A stretch of 64,000 bases of DNA, from assembly GCF_009914755.1 (NCBI RefSeq), contig NC_060932.1; one strand, 5' to 3'. Each line of letters begins with the position of its first letter. Positions within the stretch are counted from its first letter, which is position 1. Shown here one piece after another: positions 24,217 to 39,700 of the stretch. This stretch comes from the human T2T-CHM13v2.0 reference genome, Homo sapiens. Both the position numbers and the translations under genes were made by a program. Below the pieces are notes generated by a model. That model was not told the origin of the DNA, searched no databases, and was given only the letters and a program-made list of their open reading frames with translations.

Positions 24217-27200
24217 CCCTAGGAATATATTTCACTAAAGAGGTGAAAGATTTCTACAATGCAAATTTAAAAAAATGAAATAAATTGAGGAAGACACAAA
24301 TAAATGGAAAGATACCCTGTGTTTATGGATTGGAAGAGTTAATATTTTAAAAGTGCCCACATCATCCAAAGCCACCCACAGATTCAGTGTAACCCCTATC
24401 AAAATACTGATAACATTTTTCACAGAAGTAGGAAAAAAAATCCTAAAATTCATATGAAACCACGAAAGACCCTAAATATCCAAGCAATCCTGAGCAAAAA
24501 GAATGAAGCAAATCACACTATCTGACTTCAAAATATATTACGAAGATATAGTAACCAAAACAGCATGTACTGACCCACAACAAAAACAGACATATAGACC
24601 AATGGAACAGAATAAAGAGCCCAGAAATAAATTCATACACCTACAACAAAATTTTTCAACAAATTGCCAGGAATATACAATAGGGTAATGACAGCCCCTC
24701 AATAAATAGTGTTGAGGAAATTGGATCTCTCACCATATCCAAAAATCAACTCAAAATGAGTTAAAGACTTAAATGTAAGATCAAGAACTATAAAACTACT
24801 AAAGAAAATATAGGGAAAATGCTTCTCAACATTGCACTGGGCAAATATTTTCTGACTAAGACCTCAAAAGCACAGGCAACAAGAGCAAAAAATAGACAAA
24901 TGGGATTACCTTGAACTAAAAATCTGCTGTGCAACAAAGAAAATAGAGTGAAGAGACAACCTATACATTGGGAGAAAATATTTGCAAACTGTACATCTGA
25001 CAAGGGTAAATATCCAGAATATATGAGGAACTCAAACAACTCAACAGCAAAACAAAACAAAAACCTGATATAAAAATGGGGGGAAAGATCCTAACAGACA
25101 TTTCTCAAAAGAAGACATAAAGATGGCCAAAGGGTATTTGGAAAATAATCAACATCACTGATCATCAGGAAAATGAAAATACAACCCAATGAGATATCAC
25201 GTTACTCTGATTAGAATGGCTATTATCAAAAAGATGACAAAGAGTGTTGGCAAGGATGTGGAGAAAAGGAAACCCTTTTACAGTGATGGTGGGAATGTAA
25301 ATTACTACAGTCATAATGGAAAGCAGTATGGAGTTTCCTTAAAATATTAAACATAGAACGATTATACAATCCAGCAATCTCACTACTGGGTATATATCCA
25401 AAAGAAATGAAATCAGTATGTCAAAGGGATATCTGCACTTCCATGTGCATTGCAACACTATTCACAATAGCCAAGATACAAAATCAAACTATGTGTCCAA
25501 CAATGAGTAAATAAAAAAGATAATAAAATATATACATATAATGGAATACCATTCAGCCATAAAAAATGAAGTCGTTATTTGAGACAACATGGATGGACCT
25601 GGATGACATTATATTAAGTGAAATAAGCCAGACACAGAAAGACAAATACCACATGTTTTTACTCATCTACAGAATCTTAAAAAGTTGACCTCATAGAGGT
25701 GTTGAATAGAATAGTGATTACCAGAGATTAACAACGGTACGGGAGATGGGGCATAGAGAGAGTTTGTCCAATGGGTACAAAGTTAAAATTAGAAAGAAAG
25801 AAAAAGTTCTGGGATCAATGGCACGGTAGTATGAAGGACTATAGTCAACAATATGTATTATATATCTCAAAATAGCCAGAAGGGAAGATTTTGAATGTCC
25901 CTAAAGAACTGGTAACTGTTTGAAGTATGATGTATATATTAATGACCCTGATTTGATTATTGTGCAATGTGTACATGTATCCCTACAAACATGTACAATT
26001 GTTATGTGTTATTGACAGATAAATATTCTGCCAGAATTGGATGGATGATGATTTGATAATTTTCACATTACACATTGATGAATTAATATTTGCACTGATT
26101 TATAATTAATCTGGTCATACTTCCCCACATTGTCCAATATATATTAAATAATTTCAAAATATACAATGTCATTCATATTTTATTATATTTCCATAATGCT
26201 GATAGTGTAGAAATGATCACAAGAAGAAACTGTGCTCTAAAATGAACCAATGAACAATATGTGTCGGGATAGACACACATTAAACAATAATATAAGTATC
26301 TGCACAATATGTATCTCAAATTATCATTTTAAGGTATTATGAGTATTTTAACACACTGGAAAATTTACTTGCTAACAGTTTCTTCCATTCACACTGGTTA
26401 CCTTTTGAATTTATACTTTTGTACTCATGCTACCATCCCTCAAAATGTTTCTTGGAAAGCTCTCTTAAAGTAGGTTTTAGAACCTCCAGCAGGTTATTTT
26501 TTAAATTCTTGCACATGGATCATGAGTTTGATTTTTGAAAACAGTGAGAAAAAAACTCAGAAACAAAAGGAAATAATGGAATTCTGAAAAAATTATGAAT
26601 TAATTTTGGTAGAGTTATAAATTCAAATGCCTGCAAGTGCTGGGTAGGTAATGTAAAGTGAGTACAGACAGCATGCTGGACACTGTAGTAGCTGGAGAGT
26701 TCAGGCTATGTCTAAAGGATGCTGGAATGCAGGATCAGCATAGCCTGGTTTTCCAGTCTTGCAGCCTAGGCTGAAAATTTACCTATTGTCTGGACCATCT
26801 CAATGTTTTAAATGTTGGCTCAGTTCTTTAAACACTTGATTTGCAAACTCTGCTTTACAATAGTACATTTTCATCGTGCTTATATTCTATGCAGATTTTT
26901 CTTAAACTTTTCATAAATATAAATGTCTTCACACTATTTTTTTCTCACTAATTTATCAATAGCATATGACAAAGAGTGAGAGGCAGAATGGAAAGATATC
27001 ATATGGTCTTCCCCCATATAAAATAGCATTTTCCTTCTACTTTACCCTCACATATTTTTGCCATCACATTATCAGCATTTGACAGATTGTGCATTTACTT
27101 ATTTGTCTTTTTCGCTACTATAACCTAAGCTCTATGAAAATTTTTGTTGTTGTTGTTGACTGATTTATACTTAGTTCTTAGAATATTTATTGGCAAATAA

Positions 27201-27327
27201 TAGACTCTTAATAAATATTCATTGAATGAATGAATATTACACAGATAGGCAACTATATGGAAGAAGTGACCAGGGAATTATGGATATTTAACTTTGACAA
27301 GAAAATACACAATCAGGAATACATCCG

Positions 27328-27502
27328 ATGGTATGTTGGAGCTGGCTCATACTGGCCTGCAAGAGGTGATGGTGTGCATCTCTTCTCAGCTCTGCATACA
27401 GTGACGTCCCATTGGTTGGCTGAAGTAAGCCATAGTGAGATTAATTCCACCTCAGAAATCAGCAAATGATACAAATATTGTCTCATTTACCAGCATACTA
27501 TT
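27328..27502. mobile_element. MER63-like hAT MITE
   Basis: tggtatgttggagctggctcatactggc...ccagcatacta with inverted termini. Confidence 0.55.
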
Positions 27503-27635
27503 GGATACAAGAGTTATGATATATTGGCTTAGTCAAAAGAAGCATTTTCTAACATTTAGAGCTCTCTAACAACAGAATGGCCTATCTCACAGTATTTGGT
27601 CCTGCATTAAAGTTTCACTTACTGGAACTTAACAT

Positions 27636-27973
27636 CAGCTGTCCCCAATCTTTTTGGCACCAGGGACTGGTTTCATGGAAGACGATTTTTCTACAGATGA
27701 GGGAAGCTGATGGGTTTGGGATAAAACTGTTCCACCTGAGATCATCAGGCATTAGTTACATTCTTATACGGAACGTGCAACTAGATCCCTCACATGCACA
27801 GTTCACAATAGCTTACTGCTCCTATGAAAATCTAATGCCTCGGCTGATCTGACAGGAGGCGGAGCTCAGGCGGTAGTGCTCTCCTGCCCGCTGCTCGCCT
27901 CCTGCTGTGCGGCCAGGTTCCTAACAGACTAGGAACCCATATCCTTCCGTGGCCTGGGGGTTGGGGACCCTTG
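27636..27973 (+). mobile_element. MER1B hAT-Charlie MITE
   Basis: cagctgtccccaatctttttggcaccagggactgg...gggggttggggacccttg. Approximate 8-bp TSD cttaacat/ctatacat. Confidence 0.88.
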
Positions 27974-28039
27974 CTATACATCATAAAACTTATTCAAGCT
28001 TGTAGAGTCGCTGGGACATAAGATATTTTGCTCCTTTGA

Positions 28040-29920
28040 ATATAGTGTCATTTTTCCTATGGCTGCTTTTAAGATTTTTCTAATCGTCATTGGTTTTTCT
28101 AATGTTTTAATATGGTATGTCCAGGTTTGGAATTATTTTTATTTATAATTTTTAATAATATTTTAGTCATTTACTTTAGATTCTTAGAACTTCTTGAATT
28201 TGTGGTTTGGTATCTTTTATCAGTTCTAGAAAATCTCAGTTATTATTTCTTTAAATATTTTCTCTGCCACGTTCACTTTGTTCTATTTCTGAGATGTTAC
28301 ACTTTCTCATTGTACCCTCAAAGTCCCTTCCCCTTCCTCTATATTTTTCCATCCCTTTGTCTACTATTTAGTTTCTTCTAATCTTGCTTCTAGTTTATTA
28401 ATTCTTTCTTTAACTATATCTAATCAAATTATAAATCCCATAGAAATTTTTTTGCAAAGTTATTACATTTTTCTGTTATTTATTTTCTATTTGGTTGTTT
28501 TCCAAATTTGCTATGTCAACTTTTATAGTTTATAGCACCATACTGAAATATTTATACTTGATATTTTATTTTTTTCTAAATAATATAAGCATTTATGTTT
28601 TTATAGCCTTATACTTCATTTATAATAAGCGTAGTATATCAAGAATAGTATATATCAAGCATTTGTGGGTATGTTTCTATTTCCTGTTGTATCAACTTGG
28701 TTTCATTCCTGGATTCTTATTTCCTGTATTCCTGTTTAAGTGTGCTGGACATTGTTTTTGAGCATTATTTGTAAGAATAATTGGAAATCTATGATGACAA
28801 GCATATTCCTTCAAAGAAGACTTTTGTTTACTTTTTCCAAGTAACTGGAAATAATAGTCTGGGACCATCTTAATCTCAGTTCAAGCTTTAAGATTTTCTG
28901 GATTATCCAGATGACAAACGACCAGGCTAAAAGTCTGGAAACATTGGTTTATTTATAGTTACTGTTTATGATGGAAGTACAACATTTTTATGTCTCAGTT
29001 TAATGAAATAAATGATTAATTAGAGTCTCCATTTTTAGTGGAACCCAGGCTTTGACTTTTCCCTTATAGCCCCATGACATTGCAGAAAGCTCAGCTCCAC
29101 TTCAGAGCCTTTTCTCTGCAGTGTTAGAATTTACTTATTTTGGAGTTCTTGTCTTCTCACTGGCTCTGCTCTGTTAATTCTCCACCTTCTTGTTAACTCA
29201 TAGCTGCTTTTAAGATTTTATTTTTATTTCACTTAATTTGTTGTTTTCCTCATTTAAAAGGCTTTTCTGAATTCTGAGTTCTCCATCACTCTAAATTGAA
29301 CAGAGATTAATATTTTGAGAATTTGTATGTCTTAAAATACTCTTATCCTTATTTCACTCGTCTACTTAATGGATAGTTTGGTTGGTTATAAACTACTGTG
29401 CTAAAATAATTTTTCTTAGATTTTTTGAAGGCATTCTCCACAGTTTTCTAGATTCCAGTATTGGTGTTGAGAAGTCTAACTCTAGTCTTAGTTCCAATAC
29501 TTTGGCTTTATTTCTTCTTAGTGTAAGCTATTAGGATTATACCTTTGTCCTTAATATTTTGTAAACTTTCATGATAATGGGCCATTCTATGGGTTTCATT
29601 TATTGTGCTTTAATCTCTCTAAGTGTGGAAATTTATGTCCTACAACTGTGGCAAGCTTTCTTTGATAAATTTTTATTCTCCATTTTCTTCCTCTCCTCCC
29701 CTGAATCTTCCATTAGTCAGATAATGAGGCTTCCTAGGATGATTTTCTAATTTTTTATACTTTCTCTTCTATTACCCACACTTCTCTTTTTGTTTTAATG
29801 TGTGAGAGGTTTCTCTGATTTTATTTTCTAATTCTTCTACTGGATTTAAATTTCTGATGTATATTTTAATTTCCAAGAGCTCTTATTCTCTGTTCCTATT
29901 TTTGTATATCAATCTGCTTT
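28040..29920 (-). mobile_element. Highly diverged old L1 (L1M/ME) fragments
   Basis: T-rich L1 antisense motifs such as gttgagaagtct and ttttaatttccaagagct. Confidence 0.55.
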
Positions 29921-30245
29921 GTTTCTTTGTTTGTTTTGTTTTGTTTTGTTTTTTTGAAACAAGGTCACATTCTGTTGCCCAGGCCGGAATGCAGTTGCAC
30001 AATCATGGCTCACTACAGCCTTGACCTCCTGGGCTCAGTTGATCCTCCCACCTCAGCCACCTGTGTAGCTGAGACTACAGGCATGTGCCACCATGCTCAA
30101 CTATTTTTATTTATTTTTGGTAGAGATGGGGTTTCGCATGTTGGCCAGTTGGCCAGGCTTGTCTCGAACTCCTGGTCTCAGGCCATCTGACCACCTTGGC
30201 CTCCAAAGAGCTAGGATTACAGGTATGAACCACCATGCCCAGCCA
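29921..30245 (-). mobile_element. AluJ
   Basis: Diverged dimer with a (TTTTG)n tail and gatcctcccacctcagcc. Confidence 0.88.
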
Positions 30246-30285
30246 ACCTGCTTTTTTTTATGGCTGTGGTATTTTCTTTTTTGTT

Positions 30286-30343
30286 GAGAGAGAGACAGAG
30301 AGAGAGACAGAGAAAGAGAGAGAAACAGAGAGAGAGAGAGAGA
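30286..30343. repeat. (GA)n-rich repeat
   Basis: Directly visible. Confidence 0.9.
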
Positions 30344-31042
30344 TATTTAAATGCCAATTTTGTGCTTGTATTATCTCCATATATTTGTCTTTTTTTCCTC
30401 TTCCTTTATTTTTTTCTGTTTCTGTGGTTAAAAGCAGAGAAGATTCTTCCTGTTTCTTAGAAGGGGGTAGTTGGGATAAGCCTAGCTATCAATGGTGGGA
30501 GAGAAGAGTCTGAAGGCCTACTCTTCAGCATGCAGACTTTCCTTAACCCCCTTGATTTCCTCTGTCCACAATTGTCCTTCTTGTACTCTTCTTGCTATTC
30601 CAAAGTTGAGTCTCTCAGGTTCTATTTTTCACTAAATTTCAGACTCCTGTGAGGCAATTGGGAAGATGAATGGAAACAGTCATAGCTTATCTTTGTATGG
30701 CAGAGTTGTGAGAATGGAATCAACACTAAGCTGCATAGATACTTGTCTTCAGAATCTTGATTTTTAGCCACAATCCTCACTCCCACCTTCCATACAACCT
30801 GAAAAAGGGCTTTTTGCTAAGAGAAACCCATTGTCTTCTAATTAGATCACCTCTGAAGGCACTTTTAAAAAATCACTTCTTTTACTAAGTCTGTTACCAC
30901 TCTCATCTTTCGAAAATTTGTTGACATCTATTCTCTCCCCTTCTATTCTCATTGCCTCAGTGGAATTTTATAATTTTTATTTCTTTAAATTTGGGGTGGT
31001 TTCTAGACAAAGCAGAAATAAAGGTATATTTCAATTTTCTAT

Positions 31043-32736
31043 CAAGGGATGTGAAGGACCTCTTTAAGGAGAACTGCAAACCACTGACCAAGCAAATAAG
31101 AGAGGACACAAATAAATGGAAAAACATTCCATGCTCATGGATAGGAAGAATCAATATCGTGAAAATGGCCATATTGCCCAAAGTAATTTATAGTTTAAAT
31201 GCTATCCTGATCAAGCTACCATTGACTTTCTTCACAGAATTGGAAAAAACTACTTTAAAGTTCATATGGAATGAAAAAAGAGCCCATATAGCCAAGACAA
31301 TCCTAAGCAAAAAGAACAAAGCTGGAGCCATCATACTACCTGACTTCAAACTATACTACAAGGCTATACTAACCAAAACAGCATGGTACCGGTACCAAAA
31401 CAGATATATAGACCAATGGAACAGAACAGAGGCTTCAGAAATAATGCCACACAGCTACAACCATCTGATCTTTGACAAAGCTGACAAAAACAAGCAATGG
31501 GGAAAGGATTTCCTATTTAATAAATGGTATTGGGAAAACTGGCTAGCCATAAGCAGAAAACTGAAACTGGATGCCTTCCTTATACTTTATACAAAAATTA
31601 ACTCAAGATGGATTAAAGACTTAAAGTAAGACCTAAAACCATAAAATCCCTAGAAGAAAATTTAGGCAATGCCATTCAGAACACAGGCATGGGCAAAGAC
31701 TTCATGACTAAAACATCAAAAGCAATGGCAACAAAAGCCAAAGTTGACAAATGTGATCTAATTAAAGTAAAGAGCTTCTGAATAGCAAAAGAAACTATCA
31801 TCAGCATGAACAGGCAACCTAGAGAATGGGAGAAAATTTTTGCAATCTATACACCTGACAAAGGGCTAATATCCAGAATCTACAAGGAACTTAAACAAAC
31901 TTACAAGAAAAAAGCAAAAACCCTTTCAAAAAGTGGGTGAAGGGTATGAACAGACACTTCTCAAAAGAAGACATTTATATGGCCAACAAACATAAAAAAA
32001 AGGTCATCATCACTGGTCATTAGAGAAATGCAAGTCAAAATCACAAAGAGATACCATCTCACACCAGTTAGAATGGCAATCATTAAAAAATCAGGAAGCA
32101 ACAGATGCTGGAGAGGACATGCAGAAATAGGAACACTTTTACATTGTTGATGGGAGCGTAAATTAGTTCAACCATTGTGGAAGACAGTGTGATGATTCCT
32201 CAAGGATCTAGAACCAGAGATATCATTTGACCAAGCAATACCATTACTGGGTATATACCCAAAGGAGTATAAATAATTCTACTTTAAAGACGGATGCATA
32301 TGTATGTTTATTACAGCACTATTCACAATAGCAATGACTTGGAACCAACCCAAATGCTCATCAATGATAGGCTGGTTGAAGAAAATGTGGCCCATATACA
32401 CCACTGAATACTATGCAGCCATAAAAAAGGATAAGTTCATGTCCTTTGAAAGGACATGGATGAAGCTGGAAACCATCATTCTCAGCAAACTAAGACAGGA
32501 ACAGAAAACCAGATACCGCATGTTCTCACTCATAAGTGGGAGTTGAACAGTGAGAAGACATGGACACAGAGAGGGGAACATCACACACCAGGGCCTAGTG
32601 GAGGGATAGCATTAGGAGAAATATCTAATGTATATGATGGGTTGATGGGTGCAGCAAACCACCATGGCACCATAGGTATTGTTGTATACCTATGTAACAA
32701 ACCTGCACGTTCTGCACATGCATCCCAGAACTTAGA

Positions 32737-32781
<45 letters not shown>
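31043..32781 (+). mobile_element. 5'-truncated L1PA (about L1PA7/8) with a (TA)22 tail region
   Basis: ORF 30952-31629 is L1 ORF2 ([23 protein letters not shown]). The L1PA 3'UTR contains gtaacaaacctgcacgttctgcacatg. Confidence 0.93.
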
Positions 32782-32784
<3 letters not shown>

Positions 32785-33051
32785 CCTATTGACCTTAAAA
32801 AAAATCAGATGAAATTAGCTCTTTAAATGTTTTTTCCTAGCTCCCATCCATTGTCATGTTTTCTGTGGCCACATTTAGGCTTGTTCTCAGATCTGCATTT
32901 CCAATCTAAATCCCATTTCTATTCTATTATTATTACTACTACAAAAATAGTAATAAAAACAAACATTTAAATAATATCTAATAAATACCAACTATTCTTC
33001 TAAGAACTTGACATGTATAAACTCATTTAAGCTTCAACTCTGTGAAATAGT

Positions 33052-33520
33052 GTATCAGTTATGTATTGCCAAAATAACGCTATATAGCAAACTACCCCAA
33101 AACATAAAACTGTAAAAACATAATTACAACAATAGACCTTTTTATCCTTTCTCACAAGCCACTGTTTTTGCTGATCTGGGCCAAGTTCAAAAGACATTGA
33201 CTTGGCCCACTCACCTGTGGACAGTCAGCTGCCTTGTTGGATGGGTGCTGGGAGTATAAGATGGCCTCAGTTAGGACTGCTTGGCTGTTCTCTAGAAGTT
33301 CTCTCATTTTCACAATGCTAGCCTGGACTTATTTCCATTGCCATAGGAGGGTTCTAACAGAGAGAAAGAGAGCGGAAGCAGGCAATGCTTCTTAAAGCCT
33401 AGGTTTGGAATGCACACTGTTACTTCCCACGTATGGTATTGGACAGAGCAAGTGAAAACACCTAGTGCCAAGAGTATGCATCCAGGAAGGGGTAAAGAAC
33501 AGGACTAGTTTTGCCATTTA
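33052..33520. mobile_element. MLT1-type MaLR LTR inserted in a MIR (MIR pieces ~32930-33050 and ~33525-33650)
   Basis: tgtatcagtt...aaactaccccaaaac...ctattgg-like MLT1 motifs. The MIR motif gttaagcaacttgctcaagg follows. Confidence 0.6.
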
Positions 33521-34498
33521 TTAAGGTATTATTATTAATCCTTATTTTAGAAGAAACTGATATATAGAGGAGTTAAGCAACTTGCTCAAGGTCGTGGACT
33601 AATGAAACAATGGCACTAGTATTTAAATACTGTCAGTCTGGTTTCATTCTGTGCTGTTAACTTCTACATGGTGCTGTCAACTTCTACATGGTGCTGTCTC
33701 TCAGTTGAAGGAACGATAGAGGAGGAAAGGCAAAAGGCAACAATGGGCTTTGAAGTAACTCTACTGAGATAATTAAAAGACCACATAAAAGAAGGAAAAC
33801 GTATCTTACTTCAGGAATTCAACACTAAGAATCCTACTCCCTTCGTGAAATCAGAAAAGGTTTGCATGAACCCTGTGGGCCTTTGAAAGAGAGAAGGCAT
33901 ACTGTTGATGGTCACCAACTTACTGAAGCCTGCAGCTTGCAGGAACCCATCTCATCAGAGTAACTGAAAGAGAACACAGTATCCAAAAACAAAAACAACA
34001 AAAGTCACGTGCTGGGATAAGTTCTTGATAGTGTGAATAGTCAGAAAAAAATGTTCTGAAACTTCTTGTCCCAGCTGCGTTATTAACTGTGAATTTCATC
34101 ATATGGTTGATTAAGTTGCTTTATAAGACTAAATTTTTATAAGATGTGTACATAGGAATATGACTTCCCTCTCCTAAGTTAACATAACAGGTATTCCCAA
34201 ATGTGTTGTGAAGTCGACATTCTTGTTCTAATTTATAGTTGTATTGCTCCCTGCAATAGCATCTTCTTTCATTTCCCAGTCTCCAGTTTTTCCATTTTGT
34301 TTACAGTAGCCAGAGAAATCTATCAAGATGCACACTTGATCACAGCATCCTTCGGTAAATCACCATTATCTTCATACTGACAAAGGTCAGTCTTTAAGGA
34401 CCTTTATCAGGTGTCCTCTCTTTAGTTCCCCAACCTATTTCTTACCATCCTTTATCCCCCAGCTAAATAACTTGGAGAATTCCAAGTGCGTCATCCAC

Positions 34499-34857
34499 TG
34501 TATTAGTCTGTTCTCACATCGCTAACAAAGACATACCTGAGACTGGGGAATTTATAAAGGAAAGAGGTTTAATGGACTCACAGTTCCGCAGGGCTAGGGA
34601 GGCTTCACAATCATGGCAGAAGACAAAGCAAGAGCAAAGGGAAGTCTTACATGGCAGCAGGCAAGAGAGCTTGTGCAGGGGGAACTCCTGTTTATAAAAC
34701 CATCAGATCTTGGGAGATGTGTTCAATACGATGAGAACAGTGTGGGGGAAACCACCCCCATGATGCCATTATCTCCACTTGTCTCTGTCCTTGACACATG
34801 GGAATTATTATAATTCTAGGTGAGATTTGGGTGGGGACACAGAGCCAAACAATATCA
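34499..34857 (-). mobile_element. THE1D/MSTA-like solo LTR
   Basis: TGTATTAGTC...CAAACAATATCA with a perfect 5-bp TSD TCCAC (34494-34498 and 34858-34862). Confidence 0.92.
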
Positions 34858-36597
34858 TCCACCTTCATGTCTCTTTCTCTTTACTCACCTGCTTTCTTGA
34901 CAAGAAATATCTTCATCAGCCCTTCCTTCCTTCCCTCCCTCCCTCCCTCCCTCCTTTCTTTCTTTCTTGCTTGCTTGCTTTTCCTTCCTTTTTCTTCTTT
35001 ATTTCCTTTGCCAATTTGAGAGATTGGCAAGGAGAGTAATGCTGGAATTGGAGACACATATAACTAATACCAGCCAAAATAATTGTGAGCAGAAGTGATA
35101 TGCCTTCTGAGCCAAGGCAGAGAAAAGATTATATGTGATTCTCAGACCTCTTCTCATCCTCATTGGCTAAGAAGGGCATAGGTCCCAGATGGAACAGCTA
35201 TACGTTAATGGGGCCTTCCTCCATTTGGATCCCTAAGTAACTGAAATGGAGCCCCTCTCCAACCTGTGATAAACTTGTACTACAAAGGAGAACTCAATTT
35301 TCTTGTGCTAAAATACTGAGATTTGGAAATTAATGTGTGCTGCATTATAACCTAGGTTATTATAAAGATATTATTGCAAATTACTTTTAATATTCATTTT
35401 TGTCATTATTGGTGAATTTGAAGTTTCATATAATTATTGAACACTTATATGTCATTTATATATTTATTATACTTAGTTCTTTGGCAAAATGCTGTTTATG
35501 TCCTTTGCCTATTTTTCTACTAGACTGTTTATGTTGATTTATAAAACATATTTATATATTAGGCTACAGTAACCCTTTCATGTCATTGGTACTGTTTCCA
35601 ATTTATTAACTGCCTTTTATTATCACTTTATGATGTATTTTATGTCCAAAGGTTTAAAAATTATATACTGAGTAATCGATAATTATTTAAAAATTTTGTT
35701 CTTATTTTATGAGAAAGGCCTTCTAAAATCTGATAGGTTGGTTTTTCTCTGGATATACTATTTTCTATTTTTTAAAACATGAAATTCTATACTCCATTAT
35801 GATTTATGTTGTTGCATGCTATCTGGTCGGAATATAGCTTTGTAATGAATACATTCGTCTTAAAACTGACTTGGCTTTTTCTCCTAAATTAAAAAGACAA
35901 CTCTGATGATCTGCTTTTGAGTTATTTCTTAAGCTACCTTCTCATGATGTTAAATATCCATTCAGAGGATTCAGGACACCTTGGCCACTTGGCTCCCCCC
36001 GGAGGTCTGTCCACTCCAGAGTTGCAGAGCTCACCAAAGGTGTACAGGCAGGAAGCAGGGACCTTTGTGGAAGTCAAAAGGGGAAATGCCTGACTCGGCA
36101 ATGCAAGCAGGTTGTGAGTAGAACAGGAAACAGTTCTCTTCCTCAGTACCTCTTTAGTTAGCAATTTATTTATTCACTGAGTCATTCAGACTTTTCTGTG
36201 GTAGTAAAATAAACTGAAAATCGAGAAGAATTTTGCCAGGCGAATGAGAAACACCCTTGATTTTTTTTGCAGTTGTATAAGTGAAACAATAAGTAATTTA
36301 CAGTCATTGAGACTTCCACTATGCTTAGAGAAAAACACACATAGATATTAAAAACTTACCTCACTATATTTTTCCTTACATGGTGTGTTCTAAAATTTAT
36401 ATTAGGATATAATACTTGGTTCTCTCACCAAGTACATGTAGATGTTCCTCCTTTAACACAAACGTCTAATGAGAATCACAAGATCTATAAAAGCCTATAA
36501 AACTGAGATTCTACAAATCTCACTCAGAAATGTGTAATTAGAAGTATGTCTGAGTTATAGTGGTGAGGTATGGGTTTGTGTGTGCATGCTTTCACCA

Positions 36598-36605
36598 GAA
36601 AGGGG

Positions 36606-36639
<34 letters not shown>

Positions 36640-36930
36640 GAGGTAGAGTGAAAAGAAAAGAGAGTTATAAATAGAGATGATAGAGAGAGACTGAGAGACA
36701 GAAAGAGAGAGGACATAGAGGAGGAATCAGAGAGAGACTGAGAGAAAAACCTAGAGACAGACAGAGATAGGCAGCAAGACAAAGAGTCAGAGACACACAC
36801 ACACACACACACACACAGACACACACACACACACACACAAAGAAACAGAGAGGGCAGAGAGAGAGAGAGAGAAAGAGGGGAGAGAGAGAGAGAGACGTTG
36901 AGAGAGAGAGTGACACAGGTATACACACAG
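36598..36930. repeat. Compound purine-rich (GA)n / (CA)n simple-repeat block
   Basis: Directly visible. (CA)n at ~36794-36838. Confidence 0.93.
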
Positions 36931-37519
36931 GGGCCCAACCAGATGCAGCCTGGTCAGAGGTAGGTTTACTTACCAAGTCAATAGTCTTCTGCTTTAAAAG
37001 CAGGTCTTCCTCATTCATTAAATGGACCATCCCACCATCTTACCTTAGCCTGACTCACCTTACAAATAATTTTTGATGGCACTGGGCTGTGATAGTTCTG
37101 GAAAGAAGGAAGATGGATGTTCTTAGTACCGCCAATACAGAGAGCTGATAACAGCAACCACATTACCAGTTTGGTTTTTTTTTGCATTTGTAGAAAACAA
37201 ATGCAAAAACAGGTCCTATGATGCTAGCTCAAAGCACTAATCTTTATTTTGATTTCCCAGGAAGTTGCAAGTGAAACTCTACATGGAATTGGTCTGTTGG
37301 TTTAATATTAGAGAGAAGTAAAAATGATGGGCATTAACTCTATCCGTTATTGTTTTGTGAATTTCCTTGTGTTTTAATATCTAGAGGAAGGTGACAAAAA
37401 ACACACACGCAAAAACGATATTTTGTGCATTAAATACAAGTTTTCCAAATATTGACAGAGTTATATTTCTAAACTTAGTGCACAAACCATTTTTAAACAT
37501 CTTGTTCTATTTTTCCAAT

Positions 37520-39700
<2,181 letters not shown>

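Larger units (their letters stand above)
21965..26015 (+). mobile_element. 5'-truncated L1MA-type LINE-1 (endonuclease through 3'UTR), interrupted by a GATA repeat and an AluJ
   Basis: ORF 21953-22375 is the L1 endonuclease (VGDFITPLSTMDRSSR...FSDHNGVKL). RT-region remnants and an L1MA 3'UTR follow. Confidence 0.92.
32909..35905 (+). ncRNA. LINC02605: Probable LINC02605 / IL7-AS (RP11-79H23.3) lncRNA segment; boundaries approximate
   Basis: Position is recalled (a ~3 kb lncRNA ~32-35 kb upstream of IL7) and cannot be derived from the sequence alone. In-sequence support is ATTAAA at 35888-35893 followed by a T/GT-rich tract. Confidence 0.4.

Noticed and set aside
30952-31629. 225-aa ORF, the longest in the window
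   Set aside because: A fragment of L1 ORF2 in a truncated, stop-containing L1PA.
36120-36137. GRE-like AGAACA...AGTTCT
   Set aside because: The spacer is 6 nt rather than the required 3 nt.
36555-37030. ORFs of 121-127 aa
   Set aside because: Translations of GA/CA microsatellites.
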